In this document: one piece after another, positions 1-12,700 of the stretch | Numbering within the stretch: position 1 is the stretch's first letter | Layout of the letters: every line of letters begins with the position of its first letter | NCBI GenBank assembly: GCA_030704615.1 | Contig: CM060731.1 | Location: forward strand, 89,714,001-89,778,000 | Reading direction: 5' to 3' | DNA: 64,000 bases | Source of the DNA: Takakia lepidozioides | Taxonomy: Eukaryota; Plantae; Bryophyta | The notes under the pieces: model-generated | Told to the model about the DNA's origin: nothing | The model's input: the letters and a program-made list of their open reading frames with translations, nothing else | Database searches by the model: none | Program-made: the position numbers and the translations under genes

Positions 1-149
1 CACAGCCTCTCTAAATAGAGAATTATTTTTAGTGTCTCTAATTAATTTTTTTGACAAGTCAAATTATATATTCATTGCTGTTTTCCAACACCCTCTCTTA
101 GCGAGATAATCATGCAATCTCAACCTTCTAATGTCTTTTGTGAAATAGC

Positions 150-445
150 ACCAAATTCAAGTGCACACTTCATGTGCTTTAGCTTTGGTAAGTTTGTTAT
201 CAAAACATTAGCAACCATGTATTTTATAGGGAGATATACCACTTCAAGTTCTCCTTTGTCGGATACAACCTCCCGAATGTAGCATGATGTTGAACCTCAA
301 TGTATTTAGTTCCTAAATGGTATTTTGGGTTCTGACTTAATGCCCTCACACTTGATTGTTACTATATAGAGTTGTAAGGTTTGACTGTAGGTGCCCAAAT
401 CTCAGATAGCTTCTGCAACCACTAGAATTGGCTTCTATTTGCTTT
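150..445 (-). pseudogene. Ty1/copia RNase H C-terminal remnant
   Basis: Frameshifted minus-strand translation gives TTLYSNNQ..ALSQNPKYHLGTKYIEVQHH..IREVV..KGELEVVYLP..MVANVL, resembling the copia RNase H end (LYCDNQ..NP.FH.RTKHI). Confidence 0.65.
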
Positions 446-1649
446 CGCAGAAACACAAAGTACATCTGGAGTAAGACTAGCTAATACGTCTAGTGATGAT
501 TAAGTGGCTCCTCCGGATTGTGAAACGGTAGATGATGTCAACAATGTCATATTTATTGGGCAAGTTAGAGTATGGATAGGGGATATAGGAAAATATGTCT
601 TTTTGTTGGTGGATGAGATGGAGCGTCTATCACTCACACTTGCAAGCCCAGCCTCTGAAGAAGATTTGGAATGAAGTCCAAGACGAAGATTCTTATGATT
701 GTAGAATGCAGATGGAGCTGCCACAAAGTAAGTTCCCAACATTTGTTTAGAACATTCAAAAATTTGGCTAACAATAAATTTTCTTAGCTTAGGACTAACT
801 TGTAAACCCATTGTGTATAATCCATATACAAAGAGAAAGAGAAACTTCATAACAGAATCTTCCATGAGCTAAAATGTGTAGGAGGCCAGAAATGAAGAGA
901 GAGAAACTTGTTGTGGATTATTTATTAAATATTCAAAATAAAGATGAATGAACACTGCTAAAAATCCATAGAACTGGAATGAACTCTAAAATCCGTTTTA
1001 TGTATCATTGCTCAAAACATGGTATACATTTGAGATGTTCAAGTCTATATAATTAAAATTTTATGTATTGAATCGCTTAAATACTGCAAGTTCCTTTTAA
1101 AAATCTAAAATTAATTACTAATTAATCACACGATGACTTCATTAATAATTTATGAAAAAACATCATGTATCATTTGACAACCATCATATTTTATTTCCAT
1201 CTCTTTGTCTAAAGTACTGATAGTTCTACCGATATACTAACCATGTTATGTTATATTCATGTTTGAATTTTTAAAATTGGTCATACATTCATCATGTTGA
1301 GGATGTCTAGGTCATAGTGTCTCTATATCACTCCATATTTTCATGAATGAACTACAATGGCACATTAATTACACCTACTACTACTCAAAACATGGTATTA
1401 AGTGAATAATTATCAAACTTTTGATTTCAGTAACTAAAATAATATCCCGTCTATGATAGAAATTTGCATGAATTATGCAATAAGGAAAGTCGAATAGACA
1501 AGGCTAACATGGAGGCAAAGATTTCTAGTACCTTCCATGTTGGAATGTAGATCTCTTTAGAAAGAATTATTATTGGAAGAGTTTAGAAGATAGACAACAT
1601 CAAGTGACAATCCCATCAGTCCCATACAAAAAGTTGTTCATTTTTCAAA

Positions 1650-2678
1650 TCACTTTATCACTGTCGACCCAGTGGAAATCTCTTCTAGAGGACATCTAAC
1701 CCAATGCAGTAGTCCACGGTGCATTCCATCTTTAGCAATTCGCGGCTGTGACAACGAAGGATCCAAGGCCGAAGTCTCTCCTTGGGAACAACCACAATAG
1801 TTTGACAGATATGACCGCAATGACGAATCAAAATAGGGGATCAATCCCAATGTAAGAAGTCCTCCCAACAACAGAAGAAAAACAAACTCAAAAGCTAACA
1901 TCTTCTTGTAACCGACATTTCCAATGCCCTTGTGGGTGTTAACCCTCTCACCAGCATTGAGTCTAGAGGAGTTGCCCTCCCCTTGCTCATCAGTAGCAAC
2001 CGCATTGTAGAGTGGGTTGCTCTTATATACAGAACTAGTTCTAGAGCCGCTTACCTCAGACTTGCCACAGACAGAACAAACACCCCTAAAACAGAGGGAG
2101 CAAATAGATTTTACACTTGAGGCATCGCTCATGTCACTCAGGTCTGGCATTTTTCCTATTGGCTCAATAGGCTCTGTGATTTGTGGTGAATACTCTACCT
2201 CTGTTTGAGTGTAATTTGAGCTAGTCGCCACGGTTGGGGTAGGCAACATTGGCATTCTCGCAGGAATTTCCTGTTCGCAAACAAATTCAGCTACAGGAAG
2301 AAGAGGTTGCGGTTCCATGGGGGAGGGTTTCAAAGCCGGGGTGGGATTCAAAGAGCAACAAGCTGGGTACCTCTCTTCTTTGCAAATTATCTCTTCAGTT
2401 GGAGGAGGTTCCATTGGAGGGGGTTTGAAAGTCAGAGAAGGATATGAAGTCCACCCCGGCGCCCTTCTCCTATAAACACACTTCTTCACTCTTTTGGTTT
2501 CTGTGTTAGCAGCATAGTCTGGGACAGCATAGTTCGGATTGTTGGCAGCACATCTCAGATTATTGCAAAAATGCACTCGTCGCCCTCTTTTCTTGTAATC
2601 TGAGCTCGGTGCATGCAAGGTCTGATCTAAGGTGTAATACACTGGGAGCATGCGGGTGGTAATCCCCGACATTCTCAC
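1650..2678 (-). CDS. Orphan 342-aa protein with Pro-rich internal duplication, CxxC pair and one predicted TM helix
   Basis: Uninterrupted ORF in AT-rich surroundings; KPPPMEPPP/KPSPMEPQP repeat; CSLC..CSVC; hydrophobic FEFVFLLLLGGLLTLGLIPYF. Family not recognised. Confidence 0.4.
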   Translation of the reverse strand: MRMSGITTRMLPVYYTLDQTLHAPSSDYKKRGRRVHFCNNLRCAANNPNYAVPDYAANTETKRVKKCVYRRRAPGWTSYPSLTFKPPPMEPPPTEEIICKEERYPACCSLNPTPALKPSPMEPQPLLPVAEFVCEQEIPARMPMLPTPTVATSSNYTQTEVEYSPQITEPIEPIGKMPDLSDMSDASSVKSICSLCFRGVCSVCGKSEVSGSRTSSVYKSNPLYNAVATDEQGEGNSSRLNAGERVNTHKGIGNVGYKKMLAFEFVFLLLLGGLLTLGLIPYFDSSLRSYLSNYCGCSQGETSALDPSLSQPRIAKDGMHRGLLHWVRCPLEEISTGSTVIK

Positions 2679-3712
2679 ATGTCTCTACCTTTCTATCTCA
2701 TTGTGACTTCAACTCGGATTCCATATAAAGGAAAACATAAGAAGTGAATCAGGGGTGCTTGCTTTCTTCTTCATGATTCCATACATATTGCATGTAACAT
2801 GTGCTGACAAGCTTGTATGACAAAGGAATCACAAAGATGTATGAAAGAGGCCGTCTTTCTCCTCCCTTTACTCTATCCAAAAGCACACATTCCCTGCATT
2901 CAATATCTCTCATTCTTTCTTTCTCTCTCCAAAAAGCGAAGTTCGATAAATACATTATATGTGTGGCCTATGTTTTGGATTTATTGGATGTTTCTCTAAT
3001 CCATGTCAAATATTTTTTTACAAGGGACAAATAAGAATGTAAGATTATGCATATGGGTTTTGTATAGTGGATTTGAAAAGTAGAGGGAAAATATGAGACT
3101 AGATATGAAGAGGTAATGGTAGAACTCCAAGAGGTAGAAGGTGAAAAGGCAGAAGTTGAACATGACGTGGCCCTAGTAATATGTGTGTGCAAACCTCCAT
3201 ACAAAGATTATTGAACCAGATACCAACTCACCAAGTCTAAGCTAAGTTAAGGGTGGCTTTACACTACGCCCGACTGTTTTGCCCGATATGATAGGCCCCG
3301 ACTGGGCAAAGTAGTTTAAATCGAGCGGAACCCATTTTATACTCAATAAATCAGGTGGAGTTTCAATAAGTGGCACTTAGGTGGCGAAGTGGAGTTCAAA
3401 ATGGCTAAATAAACATTTGTCCTACATGTATGAAGTGTTTCTTGAGCCAACAATGCCATAAATTGGGTGTTATCTTGCACCTATCCAACCAAATCGCAAA
3501 GAGGCTCATGGGAGCATTGATGCTCATTTTGGAGGGAGAGGAAATGATGCAGATTCCTACAGTAGTGCCCATCCATGCGGGCTCGTCCTTCCCTTCAATG
3601 TCCTATGCACTATCCTCCACAATCCCAACATGACACACTCGTCTGTTGTTTGACTGAGAATGAAGGAAGAGACCTCTGCATCTGAGATCTGAAAATAGGC
3701 CGATCTTGTAAG

Positions 3713-4219
3713 CAAAAAGAAGGGGTCTTAACACCCATGCCACACATTCCGTTAGTACTTTTATCTATCCCAGGCTGCAGCGGATGAGAAAACCTAGTCT
3801 AGATATATTGTTTCCATTGTATTATGACAAGCCACACTGGCTGTCTTCTTGAACCATCATCCCAGAAGGGTCGCCATAGCCTTTGATTTGGTGTCTTTCT
3901 TTCCTTGCCCTTGAGTGACATCACACTCCGGTTGCGCACAGTGCTGCAACAGTACTTACTTTTGATCGTTTAGGCTGGCATGCATTGTTCAAAAAAGAGA
4001 CTTGTACTGATCTGGATTTGTAATACGCCAATGGAACATCTGCCCTCTATTGTCAGTGATTACCGTATGTTTCTGCTGATTGATCTAGTTCATGTTATGA
4101 CCTATGCTAGAACATTTCGATTTATGACTTGATCATGCGCTATTCCTACATGCTACCCATCATAATCGTGCATTCTCTCTCTAGCTAAGCTTCATCCTGC
4201 AACTAAAATGCTAAGTTCT
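3713..4219 (-). repeat. LTR-like repeat, left copy, of a minus-strand gypsy-like remnant (G0)
   Basis: 3713-3868 is near-identical to 9853-10008, and 4197-4219 matches 10009-10031. The right copy lacks ~330 bp. The match ends exactly where the copia LTR starts. Confidence 0.7.
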
Positions 4220-4640
4220 TGTTGAATGATATCATCAAGTAGTCAATTTACCAGTGAGCAATATGCACTACTAACTATAATCCGTTACTTGTTATTTTCT
4301 CTTCAGATAGTTAGTTGCTAGTTAGTTTTCTTTATGTTACATATGACCATTCTTGGACTGTAGGTTTGGTGCCTTTGTGTTTTGGAGCTAGAGACGTTGC
4401 TCTCGACCTGCTGCTACGTAGGTGTGTAATGAGGTGACGATGGACAGCCTAGTCTGGTGACAATCAATTCAATGACCATTGAATCCTGTAATGTTCAGAT
4501 TTGTAGATCTTCAGCTGTTTGCTTGCTGATTGTGTATTCTGCACATCTGTGAGTGCATTTGTGCTTGTCTAAGTACATGTCTAAGTCTGTCCACTGTTGA
4601 CAATGTCTATGTTTAGTTATCAGGAGCATGTAAAACAATA
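4220..4640 (+). repeat. Copia 5' LTR (TGTTG...CAATA)
   Basis: Begins at the break in the G0 repeat and ends immediately before the PBS. No second copy exists to confirm it. Confidence 0.6.
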
Positions 4641-4654
4641 GGTTATGGGCCCAC
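4641..4654 (+). promoter_or_regulatory. Primer binding site complementary to the 5' half of plant tRNA-iMet
   Basis: GGTTATGGGCCCAC is the reverse complement of GTGGGCCCATAACC in the anticodon arm of plant initiator tRNA. Confidence 0.85.
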
Positions 4655-4766
4655 GAAGCGCATGAGCCGCTGCTAAACATTCTTGTCGTGTCGGTATTAC
4701 AGTCTGTGCGTTAAAGTCGCAGGAAAGGTTGAAGTTATTAGGAGTGTCAATCCAGATCCGGTCAAG

Positions 4767-5378
4767 ATGGAAGCTCCAAAGGAGGGTAGTAATGTTGAGC
4801 ATTTCGATGGAAACAATTTTGTCACGTGGAAATATCAGATGCAGGCTATATTTCGTAGCAAGGGTCTCATGGGTCTAGTGAGCGGTGAACAACCAATCCA
4901 AGAGTCCACAAACGAGGAAGCATGGAGGCAGAGAGACAGTCAGGCCATCAGCATTCTTTGTTCAACGATAGACAAAAGGATTCTTGAAAACCTGATAGGG
5001 TGTGAGACGTCGTCTGAGATATGGCAAAATCTGCTAACCATTCATGAACTACGAGCAAGTGAAAATATCCAGTATCTGACTGAGAAGTTTTACAAAGCTA
5101 AGATGGACAAAGGGGAGGATGTGTCTGCGTTCATATCTCGTGTCCAGGTGATTATCACTCAGTTGAAGAGCATGGGTCACAACAAGTTCGATCAAAACGA
5201 TGTCATGGTCAAGATTCTGTGTCATCTGCCTGCGAAGTTCGATGGTTCTTGTCAGCCTGGGATAGTATACCTGACGAAGAAAAGAATCTAGAAACTCTCA
5301 AATTCCGACTCCTAAGAGAAGAGAATCGGATCAAGATCCGTTGTGAGGAAGAGGCCGAGGGTGTAAAAGCCTTCTTGG
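4767..5378 (+). pseudogene. Copia gag, frameshifted near 5250
   Basis: FDGNNFVTWKYQM...WRQRDSQA...KILCHLPAKFD, then LSAWDS...LKFRLLREE in another frame. Confidence 0.9.
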
Positions 5379-5397
5379 CCCCCCCCCCCCCCCCCCC

Positions 5398-6423
5398 GGA
5401 TCACTCCTAAGGACCTTGACCTTCTCGCTTGTCTCTCTGAATAGTAGTTTCACAAAATCTTGGAAGCACCTCAGTGTCTCAGATTTAGCAGCAATGTTGT
5501 ATACCACTCTGTACGCAGTTGCATCGTCCTTGAACAAAACAAAATAACTGCTGCCTCCCACTGATTGGACACTGATGGGACCACACACATCACTGTGCAC
5601 CAGATCTCCGGGCGTTGCAGCTCTAGTGCGACTTTCTTTCCATGGAAAAGTAGTTCGGGTACTTTTACCAAGAACGCACCCCTCGCAGAATTTGACGTCT
5701 CTCCCTTTCTTGGTGAGGATAAGTCCTTCAACCATGTTCTTCGTCTCCATAGTCTGAATCGCCCCGTGATGTACATGGCCAAATCGCCTGTGCCAAATGT
5801 TCAGATCACGACTCATCTCGGCTTGTGATATGACGCCAAAAGTACTAGCGGGGCACGCCGTTTCTCTGGATATGTCTACCTTGATGTTCAGCTTATACAT
5901 ATTGCCGCTGATCGTCCCTTCCATCACTGTTCTCCCTTCGTAAAGCATTAGACATCCATTCTTGGTGTGAAGAGTGTTGACATCGCGCTTGGCTGCTCTG
6001 ACTACTGAAAATAGGTTCCTCCGCAGACCGGGTACATAAAGAACCTCCTTCATCACATTACTCTCCCACACCCCATTGATCTTGACCAGAATGGAAATGT
6101 CTCCCACTCCTTCGACTAAATATTCTTGGCTCCCAATGCCAGTTACAGGGCGCTTGTACGCTGATACATCCTGGTAGGTAGCGAACCAGTGACGCTGGTC
6201 TGTCATGTGCTGAGTAGCACCACTATCAGCATACCACGCTGTTGGGTCATAGTCTTCTTCCCCTTCACTAGCCATCCACGCACGATAGCTCTTATTCTCT
6301 GGTTTTTCGTCATCTTTCTTTGCTTTACCCTCTCCGCCATCTTTGTTTTCTGGACACTCTCGACCCCAGTGCCCGGTCTTTCCACATTTGAAACAACGAG
6401 TGTTCTTTTTTAGCTCAGCGACC
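5398..6423 (-). pseudogene. Inverted copia segment: Zn knuckle, protease, GAG-pre-integrase, integrase N-terminal half
   Basis: CFKCGKTGHWGREC, WYADSGATQHM, WHRRFGH..CEGC, VHSDVCGP, VLRSD on the strand opposite the flanking gag and pol. Confidence 0.92.
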
Positions 6424-8619
6424 TCAGAGCGGGAAAATCGCACAGTGATGGACATGGTGCGCAGCATGATTTATTCAAGCAATGTGCACCCACGATTATG
6501 GGGAGAAGCGGTTCTCACGGCTGTCTATATATTCAATCGGACGACATCGAGAATGCTGGAAGGAATCACACCATATGAGGCATGGTCGAGAGGAAAACCC
6601 TCAGTAACACATGAGGATCTTTGGGTGTGATGCCTACGTGCATGTGCCAAAGGCACTCATGACCAAATTTGAACCCAAAAGCAAGAAGGGAGTATTTGTG
6701 GGTTACAACCAGACAAGCAAAGCCTACCGAGTGTGGATTACAGATTCTCGGAAGATTGTGGAAAGCCGGGATGTGATATTTGATGAGACTGGATCTGTTG
6801 GTTTGAGCAAGGAGAAGAAGCAGCCAAACAGTGGGAGTAAGAGCGACACAACCCCAACGGTGATATGTGAGCTGCTTGAGGCAGGGCCGCAGCCAGTGCC
6901 AGTAGTGGCACAAGACATCGGACCAGACTGAGCCTGTTGTAATCAGTAGCAGCGAGGACAATACAGAAGCAAGTGGGAGAGATTGTACCAGCAGCGGAAA
7001 ACGTGGTGAACGAAGAAGGAACACAAACTGAAAACATACCACATGATGGCATTGAGGAGCAGGGGGAAATAGAAGAAGTGATAGCAGAAGAGGTTCCCAG
7101 GACTCGAAACCCACCTACCAGACTGGGAGACTGGATTTACCCCATAGATCGCAACACATATGCCTGCACGGCCAGTATCGAACAGATCCCCGACAAACCA
7201 AATTCATTTGAAGAGGCCATGAAGTCAGAGCAAAAGGAGGAATGGCTCAAGGCCATGCAAGACGAGTACAACTCACTGATACAAAACGAGACATGGGTAC
7301 TTGAGGACCTGCCAAAGGGACGACAGGTCATCAGATGTAAGTGGGTCTTCAAGGTAAAAACCAATGTTGAAGGGAGTGGAGCGCTACAAGGCACGTCTCA
7401 TTGCAAAGGGGTTTACCCAAAGAGCAGGAATAGATTTCCATGAGACTTTTTCACCCGTGGTAAAATTTGATTCTATCCTAACTATTCTGTCGATTGTTGC
7501 TACAGTGGACATGGATATAGTGCAATTCGATGTGCGCACCGCTTTTCTCTACTGGGAATTATCTGAGATTATATTCATGGAGCAACCTCATGGGTTCGAG
7601 GACCCAACAAACAAGGGAAAGGTTTGCCGTCTTAAGAAGGCATGCGTTTATTTTGGGCAGATGAATCCCAAACTGCTTGTCACTATATTTGTCGATGACG
7701 GGTTGGCCTGTAGCAGGAAGACCGGAAGAGTGAACGAGATCTTGTCGTATATGGGAGAGGCCTTCACCATCACCAAAGGACTGCCAGAGATCTATGTCGG
7801 GCTGCATGTTACTCGGAACAAGGAAGCAAAGACCATGAGAATTGACCAGAGCAGGTATATTCAGAAGGTGCTCAAGAAGTTTGGGTATGAAAACGCACAT
7901 GCTGTAACCACTCCTATTGATCCACACGTTCGTCTGGATGTGGTATCTACACAGGGTGAGGAGGAAGAGCCATAATTCCCTTACAGGGAGATCATTGGGA
8001 GCCTGCAATTTGCCAGCTTGGGAACACGGCCAGATATTACCTATGCAGTCAGCACTGCCGCAAAATATTGTTCAAATCCCAAAAGGTCGCACTGCTCGGC
8101 GGTAAAACGGATCCTGAGGTATCTGAAGGGAGTACCCAATTTAGGAATTACCTATGGGGGGCAAGAGCAGCCACATGCACTCAAGGCCACATGCACAGGA
8201 AGTCTCGCACTGGTGTTGTAGTGTTCCTAAATGGTGGACTGGTCAGCTGGGTGAGCCGTAAACAGACATGCACAGCAACGAGCACCACTGAGGCCGAGTA
8301 TATCGCAGGTTTTGTTGCGACCAAAGAGGTAGTGTGGCTGAGGAGGCTGTTGGGAGATGTAGGGTTTGTTGCAGAGACACCCACCCCACTTTACTCGGAC
8401 AACCAGGCGTGCATTCGCCTCGTCAAGAACCCGGAGTTCCACCAGCATACTAAGCATGTGGATGTCAAGTATCACTTCATCCGTGAGAAATATGAAGCGG
8501 GAGAGATCAGCGTCGAGTATGTGGGGACAGCGAACCAAATTGCAGACATTCTGACGAAGGGGTTAGCTCCTGATAAGTTCCTGCGAATGCGGGAACTCCT
8601 AGGTGTTAAAAACACCTAA
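6424..8619 (+). pseudogene. Copia integrase C-terminal half, RT and RNase H, with frameshifts and deletions
   Basis: SERENRTVM, RIFGCDAYVH, YKARLIAKGFTQ, FDVRTAFL, IFVDDGL, STTEAEY, ADILTK. The LYGLKQ block of RT and the first RNase H Asp motif are deleted. Confidence 0.93.
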
Positions 8620-8699
8620 GTAGCACGGCTGCCACCCAGATTGCAGGAGATGCCGCCACACATTTCATGGAAATTAGTCCTCTTCTTCCCTGCATTGTC

Positions 8700-9383
8700 A
8701 AGCTCCACCTTCTTCTTGCATTCCGCCTGAAAATGTCCTGGAACTTTACCAAATAAGCAGCTTAGACCTCCTCCATCTGCTTGATTTTCCAGCCGGTGGC
8801 ATTTGTCACTTCGGGTCTGGGTTTCAATTGTCAAATGGAGTTCAAAACTGTGCATTTCTTGGCATTCATTCCTTGTTTGGACACCCTTGGTCGGTGTTTT
8901 GTCTTTGTAAGATTCACTTGCATGCGGTCCTCCTCTGGAATAATTTCTCAGAGTAGTGTTCAGTAATCGAAATGTATGATCCATGGGATCAGCAATCGTC
9001 ACATCTGCACCCTTCCGTGATTTTGGAGATATCTCTTCATGACTTGCCAGCCCTTTCACTGTCATCACTGTCGCTTCACTATTTGCTTCAAGCCTTGTTC
9101 CAACAGGTTACTTATCCCACTTTGGGTTGAGCTTAATTGAATCCTCTTTACCAAACTTGCCCACCATCGCAGCTTGAAACTCAAGCCAGTTCGCAGGCCT
9201 TGGTTTTTTTCTCAGGAACCAGTTTTCCGCAATCCCATGTAGGTTTAGCCTGGCAACTTTAAACAACTTGTCCTCGCTTAGGTCCTTGATATCTCCAACC
9301 ATTTGTAGTCCTTCAATCCAATCTTTCACATCTTCACTTTCCCATCCGTGAAATGGGGCGTCAATTCCAGAAGGGTTTGACAT
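8700..9383 (-). pseudogene. Gypsy-type gag remnant of G0 with degenerate Zn knuckle
   Basis: FHGWESEDVKDWI..AENWF..NWLEFQAAMVGKFG capsid-like pattern; CLFGKVPGHFQAEC; lies downstream of the minus-strand PBS. Confidence 0.65.
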
Positions 9384-9842
9384 TGTGAAGTTCTTGTCAA
9401 ATCATGGATTCGCTTTTGAGCTATTGAGTTGAGTCATGCAGGCACTTTGACCCACTGCACCTATGAGTTGTATATGTAGAAGGACCAGCTCTTCCAGCAT
9501 CGGCACCTCCTTTGCATGCTTGACCGTCTTGTGCATACAACTGGTGGTCGATGACAGCTCCGAACACATCAGCACCTGAAGCGTCATGTTGGTTTCCCAA
9601 AAGCTGTTATGCAAGGCCAGACTCCAACTCACACATGAAGCCCACTTGTTCTTCTTCCAAGTACATGAACGTTATTATTGATCGATCCTTCAGTACTGCT
9701 TTACTAACCACCTGTCACATGTGATTCCTACCTTCAATATTCTTCATCTTCAATCCACTGAGACAAATTTCTCCTTACGTTCCATCTCGGTTGAACTCGA
9801 GAGTTGTTGATGAAACGCTTTTTTTAATCCACAGTCGACCGA

Positions 9843-9854
9843 GCTCTGATACCA
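9843..9854 (-). promoter_or_regulatory. PBS, tRNA-iMet 3' end (TGGTATCAGAGC)
   Basis: GCTCTGATACCA on the + strand, adjacent to the LTR-like repeat. Confidence 0.85.
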
Positions 9855-10031
9855 AAAAGAAGGGGTCTTAACAACCATGCCACACATTCCGTTAGTACTT
9901 TTATCTATCCCAGGCTGCAGCGGATGAGAAAACATGGTCTAGATATATTGTTTCCATTGTATTATGACAAGCCACACTGGCTGTCTTCTTGAACCATCAT
10001 CCCAGAAGCTGCAACTAAAGTGCTAAGTTCT
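9853..10031 (-). repeat. G0 LTR-like repeat, right copy (probably extends further right)
   Basis: Direct repeat of 3713-3868 plus 4197-4219. Confidence 0.7.
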
Positions 10032-11260
10032 ACCACTCCATCACATGATTCACAATACATCCGAGAGGTCACGGTGAACGGCCTTCTTTACTTCCACGCC
10101 TCAACTTCAGCCAAAAAGAGAGAGTCACATCGTGGTTGCCTATTCTTATCCCTGAACTGATCACCTCGACTGCCCTATCTCGCCGCTCTCTTCACGTGCT
10201 TATTTAGTAGCAAAACAACACTATTTAATATACGCAACCTTTGGACCTTGAGATCAGTGGCCACCGGGTCTTATCCCCCTCTGTGCCATGGGCTCTTGGG
10301 TTTCTAAAAACACTCTCTAGCTACTTGTTTTACTTACAAACCACCCTTTCACTTGCATGCCATCTGTTCGTATTTAATGTGGCCACCTTCTATGCTATTT
10401 TACCGATGCAACCCTTTTATTACTGCAATTTCATCCTAAACAACGAGAAATTACCATTTCATCCCATTATTTCCCCGTCATTCATCCGTCTGACAAAAAT
10501 TTGCGGCATCCGCCTTGCCTGTCATCCGCCCGTGATTTCATCCATGCTTGAATGATAAATTGTCGATTTCATCCTGTTTCTCCTCAATGACAAATCGCGA
10601 TCTCATCCTTGAGCCCAAAAACCCTTTATGCTCCGGCCTCTTCCCGCATTTCCCTGTGTCACATGTTTTCGCCCTACAATCTGACCTTACAAGCAGTGTT
10701 TTGAGTGACGAGCTAATGCAAGATCTAGTACAATGGCATCATGCATCTGATCTCAATGTAAGAAAACAAGATGGTCAAAAGATTCGAATTAGATTGAGAT
10801 AAAAGACAATCGTCGTATACTCAGCCCTCCATTTGTCCAACACTCTATCGTACAACTCTATCCAGATCTAGATCGTGGATGACAACCGCCTTCTTGTGTC
10901 TTGTTTTCTTTTTTTCCTGTCATGTTGACTTATGGGCAATCACTGTGTTTTGAAGTCATGATATTTGAATATCCAAGGATTTGGCATGTGGCAGGTGGCA
11001 GTACTCAATTTTGGGGATTTTTACTATGCCCAGTTTGTGAAATTCTATACCATATTCATGGTCCAGCTCCAGGCCATACTGGGTTGTGCTTTTACATCGT
11101 TGTATAGTGCTCTACCAGTGACATTTCCCGAATGATGCATGAGATCATCATGCCAAATCATTCTCAACCCAGACCTCGTCATGATGATCTCAATCTCATT
11201 CATGAACCATTATGTCCATGAACCATGCTGTTGAAGGGTACACTGTGGTTATCCTCATAG

Positions 11261-11545
11261 ATGGGCGAACGGGACGTATTTCTTTTGAACCCTCACGACA
11301 AGTGGGTAAAACTTTCTATTGCAACAGCTGAAGTGGCAGGACTACCTGGCAGAGACAAGTTCTATGGCAAGGACATATATGAGGGGTGGTACAAGGTGAA
11401 GGTCGTGGAATGCAACCATCCAAAGCTTGCCCTGCCTGTCCCCAATACAACTGACGATCCCTTGCACACTACACTTGCGCATGCTACGGACAGTTACACA
11501 GTGTGGCCAGAGCGTAGCCTGAGAAAGGCTAACGATGTGAAGTGA
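11261..11545 (+). pseudogene. Terminal exon of a CACTA TnpA/TNP1-like accessory gene
   Basis: Preceded by a TAG acceptor; pattern IATAEV..FYG..GWYKVKV..LALPVP..TL..A..TVWP resembles the C-terminal domain of En/Spm TNP1-like proteins. Confidence 0.55.
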
Positions 11546-11923
11546 GGTATATCTTAGTTGTAGGAATTCCATGCCTACCACAATGTTTTATTTTTGAACA
11601 ATCACTAAAATAAAGTATTTGTGGAATTTTGCATATTCTCGTTTGTTTTCGCGCCTATTATGAAAATGGTATGCTATCGTGTAATCACAACGTAAGGAAA
11701 TCCACGCCTATAGGGTAACATGTTTATTAGGTATAGGGGTTACTTGTTCTTTATGTGTTGTAACTAGTGCTCATGTGAACCACTGGAAATAGTTTCGCAA
11801 GTTTATGAGTATCGCAAATTCTTGTTTAGTTGTAGAATATTCTTCGTGTATTGGAGAATTCGCAAAATATGCCCTCGTGCTCACACTTCGGTCATGGTCT
11901 ACAGCCGTGTGTTGGTATCACCT

Positions 11924-12681
11924 TGTGAAGACTCAATATGAGCTCGAGATGATATGCTCCCTTCCTCTCAGGTGAGCAGGTCAATGCAAGGGGGAAAAGC
12001 GAAAAGAGCAAGCGAATGCGCAAGAGGAGAATCAGCGCGTAGCAACTGACACACTCTGACATGCACAGAAACCATCCACACCTTCATACACTCAGAATAC
12101 ACCTTAACACAAAGACCCCTCACTCAAGGTCAGTCTCCCACTTATACAGGGAACCCTAGGATGGAACAGCCCTGCGGCTTGGCGAGGCGCTAGAGGCCTG
12201 CTATGCGGCGCCTCATCTAGATCGTAGATTAAACTAGTGGCTAAGATGGTGCCAGCAGTTAGGTTAATGGACTAACTAAACCACAGTTGTAACGGACTGC
12301 AACAGTACAATCGCCGAAAAAATACAATGATGGATGAATACTACTGAACGGATGAAAAAAGTAATTTAGGGCATGGGAGACAATGGGGCTTCACATCGGT
12401 GAAGACTACCCCCCGGTGAAAAACCCAAGCTCTACGAGGTAAATACTACAAAGATAAAAAATAAGTGTCATGGGATAAAATCATCCTGCATTGCTGGGTG
12501 AAAAACCTACCAAGGGAAAACCTGGTACCTGCAAATTGGGCCGAGGACAAAACCCTTGGGTAGGAAAACCGTGCAAGGAGTACATGTGGTGATTTATCAT
12601 AAGTCCAAGAAATTTTTTCTAAGTACCATGTAAATGTCAAACCCATAGCCTAATACTAAGCCGAAGAAGATCCAGAAGTCA
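11924..12681 (-). repeat. Putative 3' LTR of gypsy G1 (left boundary uncertain)
   Basis: Starts with TG right after a purine-rich tract GGAGGGAAGGACGGTGGGA (12682-12700, minus) that follows the integrase end. Confidence 0.5.
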
Positions 12682-12700
12682 TCCCACCGTCCTTCCCTCC

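Larger units (their letters stand above)
4220..8619 (+). mobile_element. Ty1/copia LTR retrotransposon, defective (3' LTR lost, internal inversion and deletions)
   Basis: 5' LTR, PBS, gag, Zn knuckle, protease (DSGA), integrase, RT (FVDD) and RNase H in copia order once the inversion is undone. Confidence 0.95.

Noticed and set aside
500-865. 121-aa ORF
   Set aside because: No recognisable motif or supporting signal.
3249-3630. PIF/Harbinger remnant (GGGTGGCTTTACACT after TTAA; CTILHN peptide)
   Set aside because: Only two short cues; no second TIR or DDE motifs.
5331-6467. Separate minus-strand copia insertion
   Set aside because: It supplies exactly the domains missing between the flanking gag and integrase and has no LTR or TSD, so it is an inversion.
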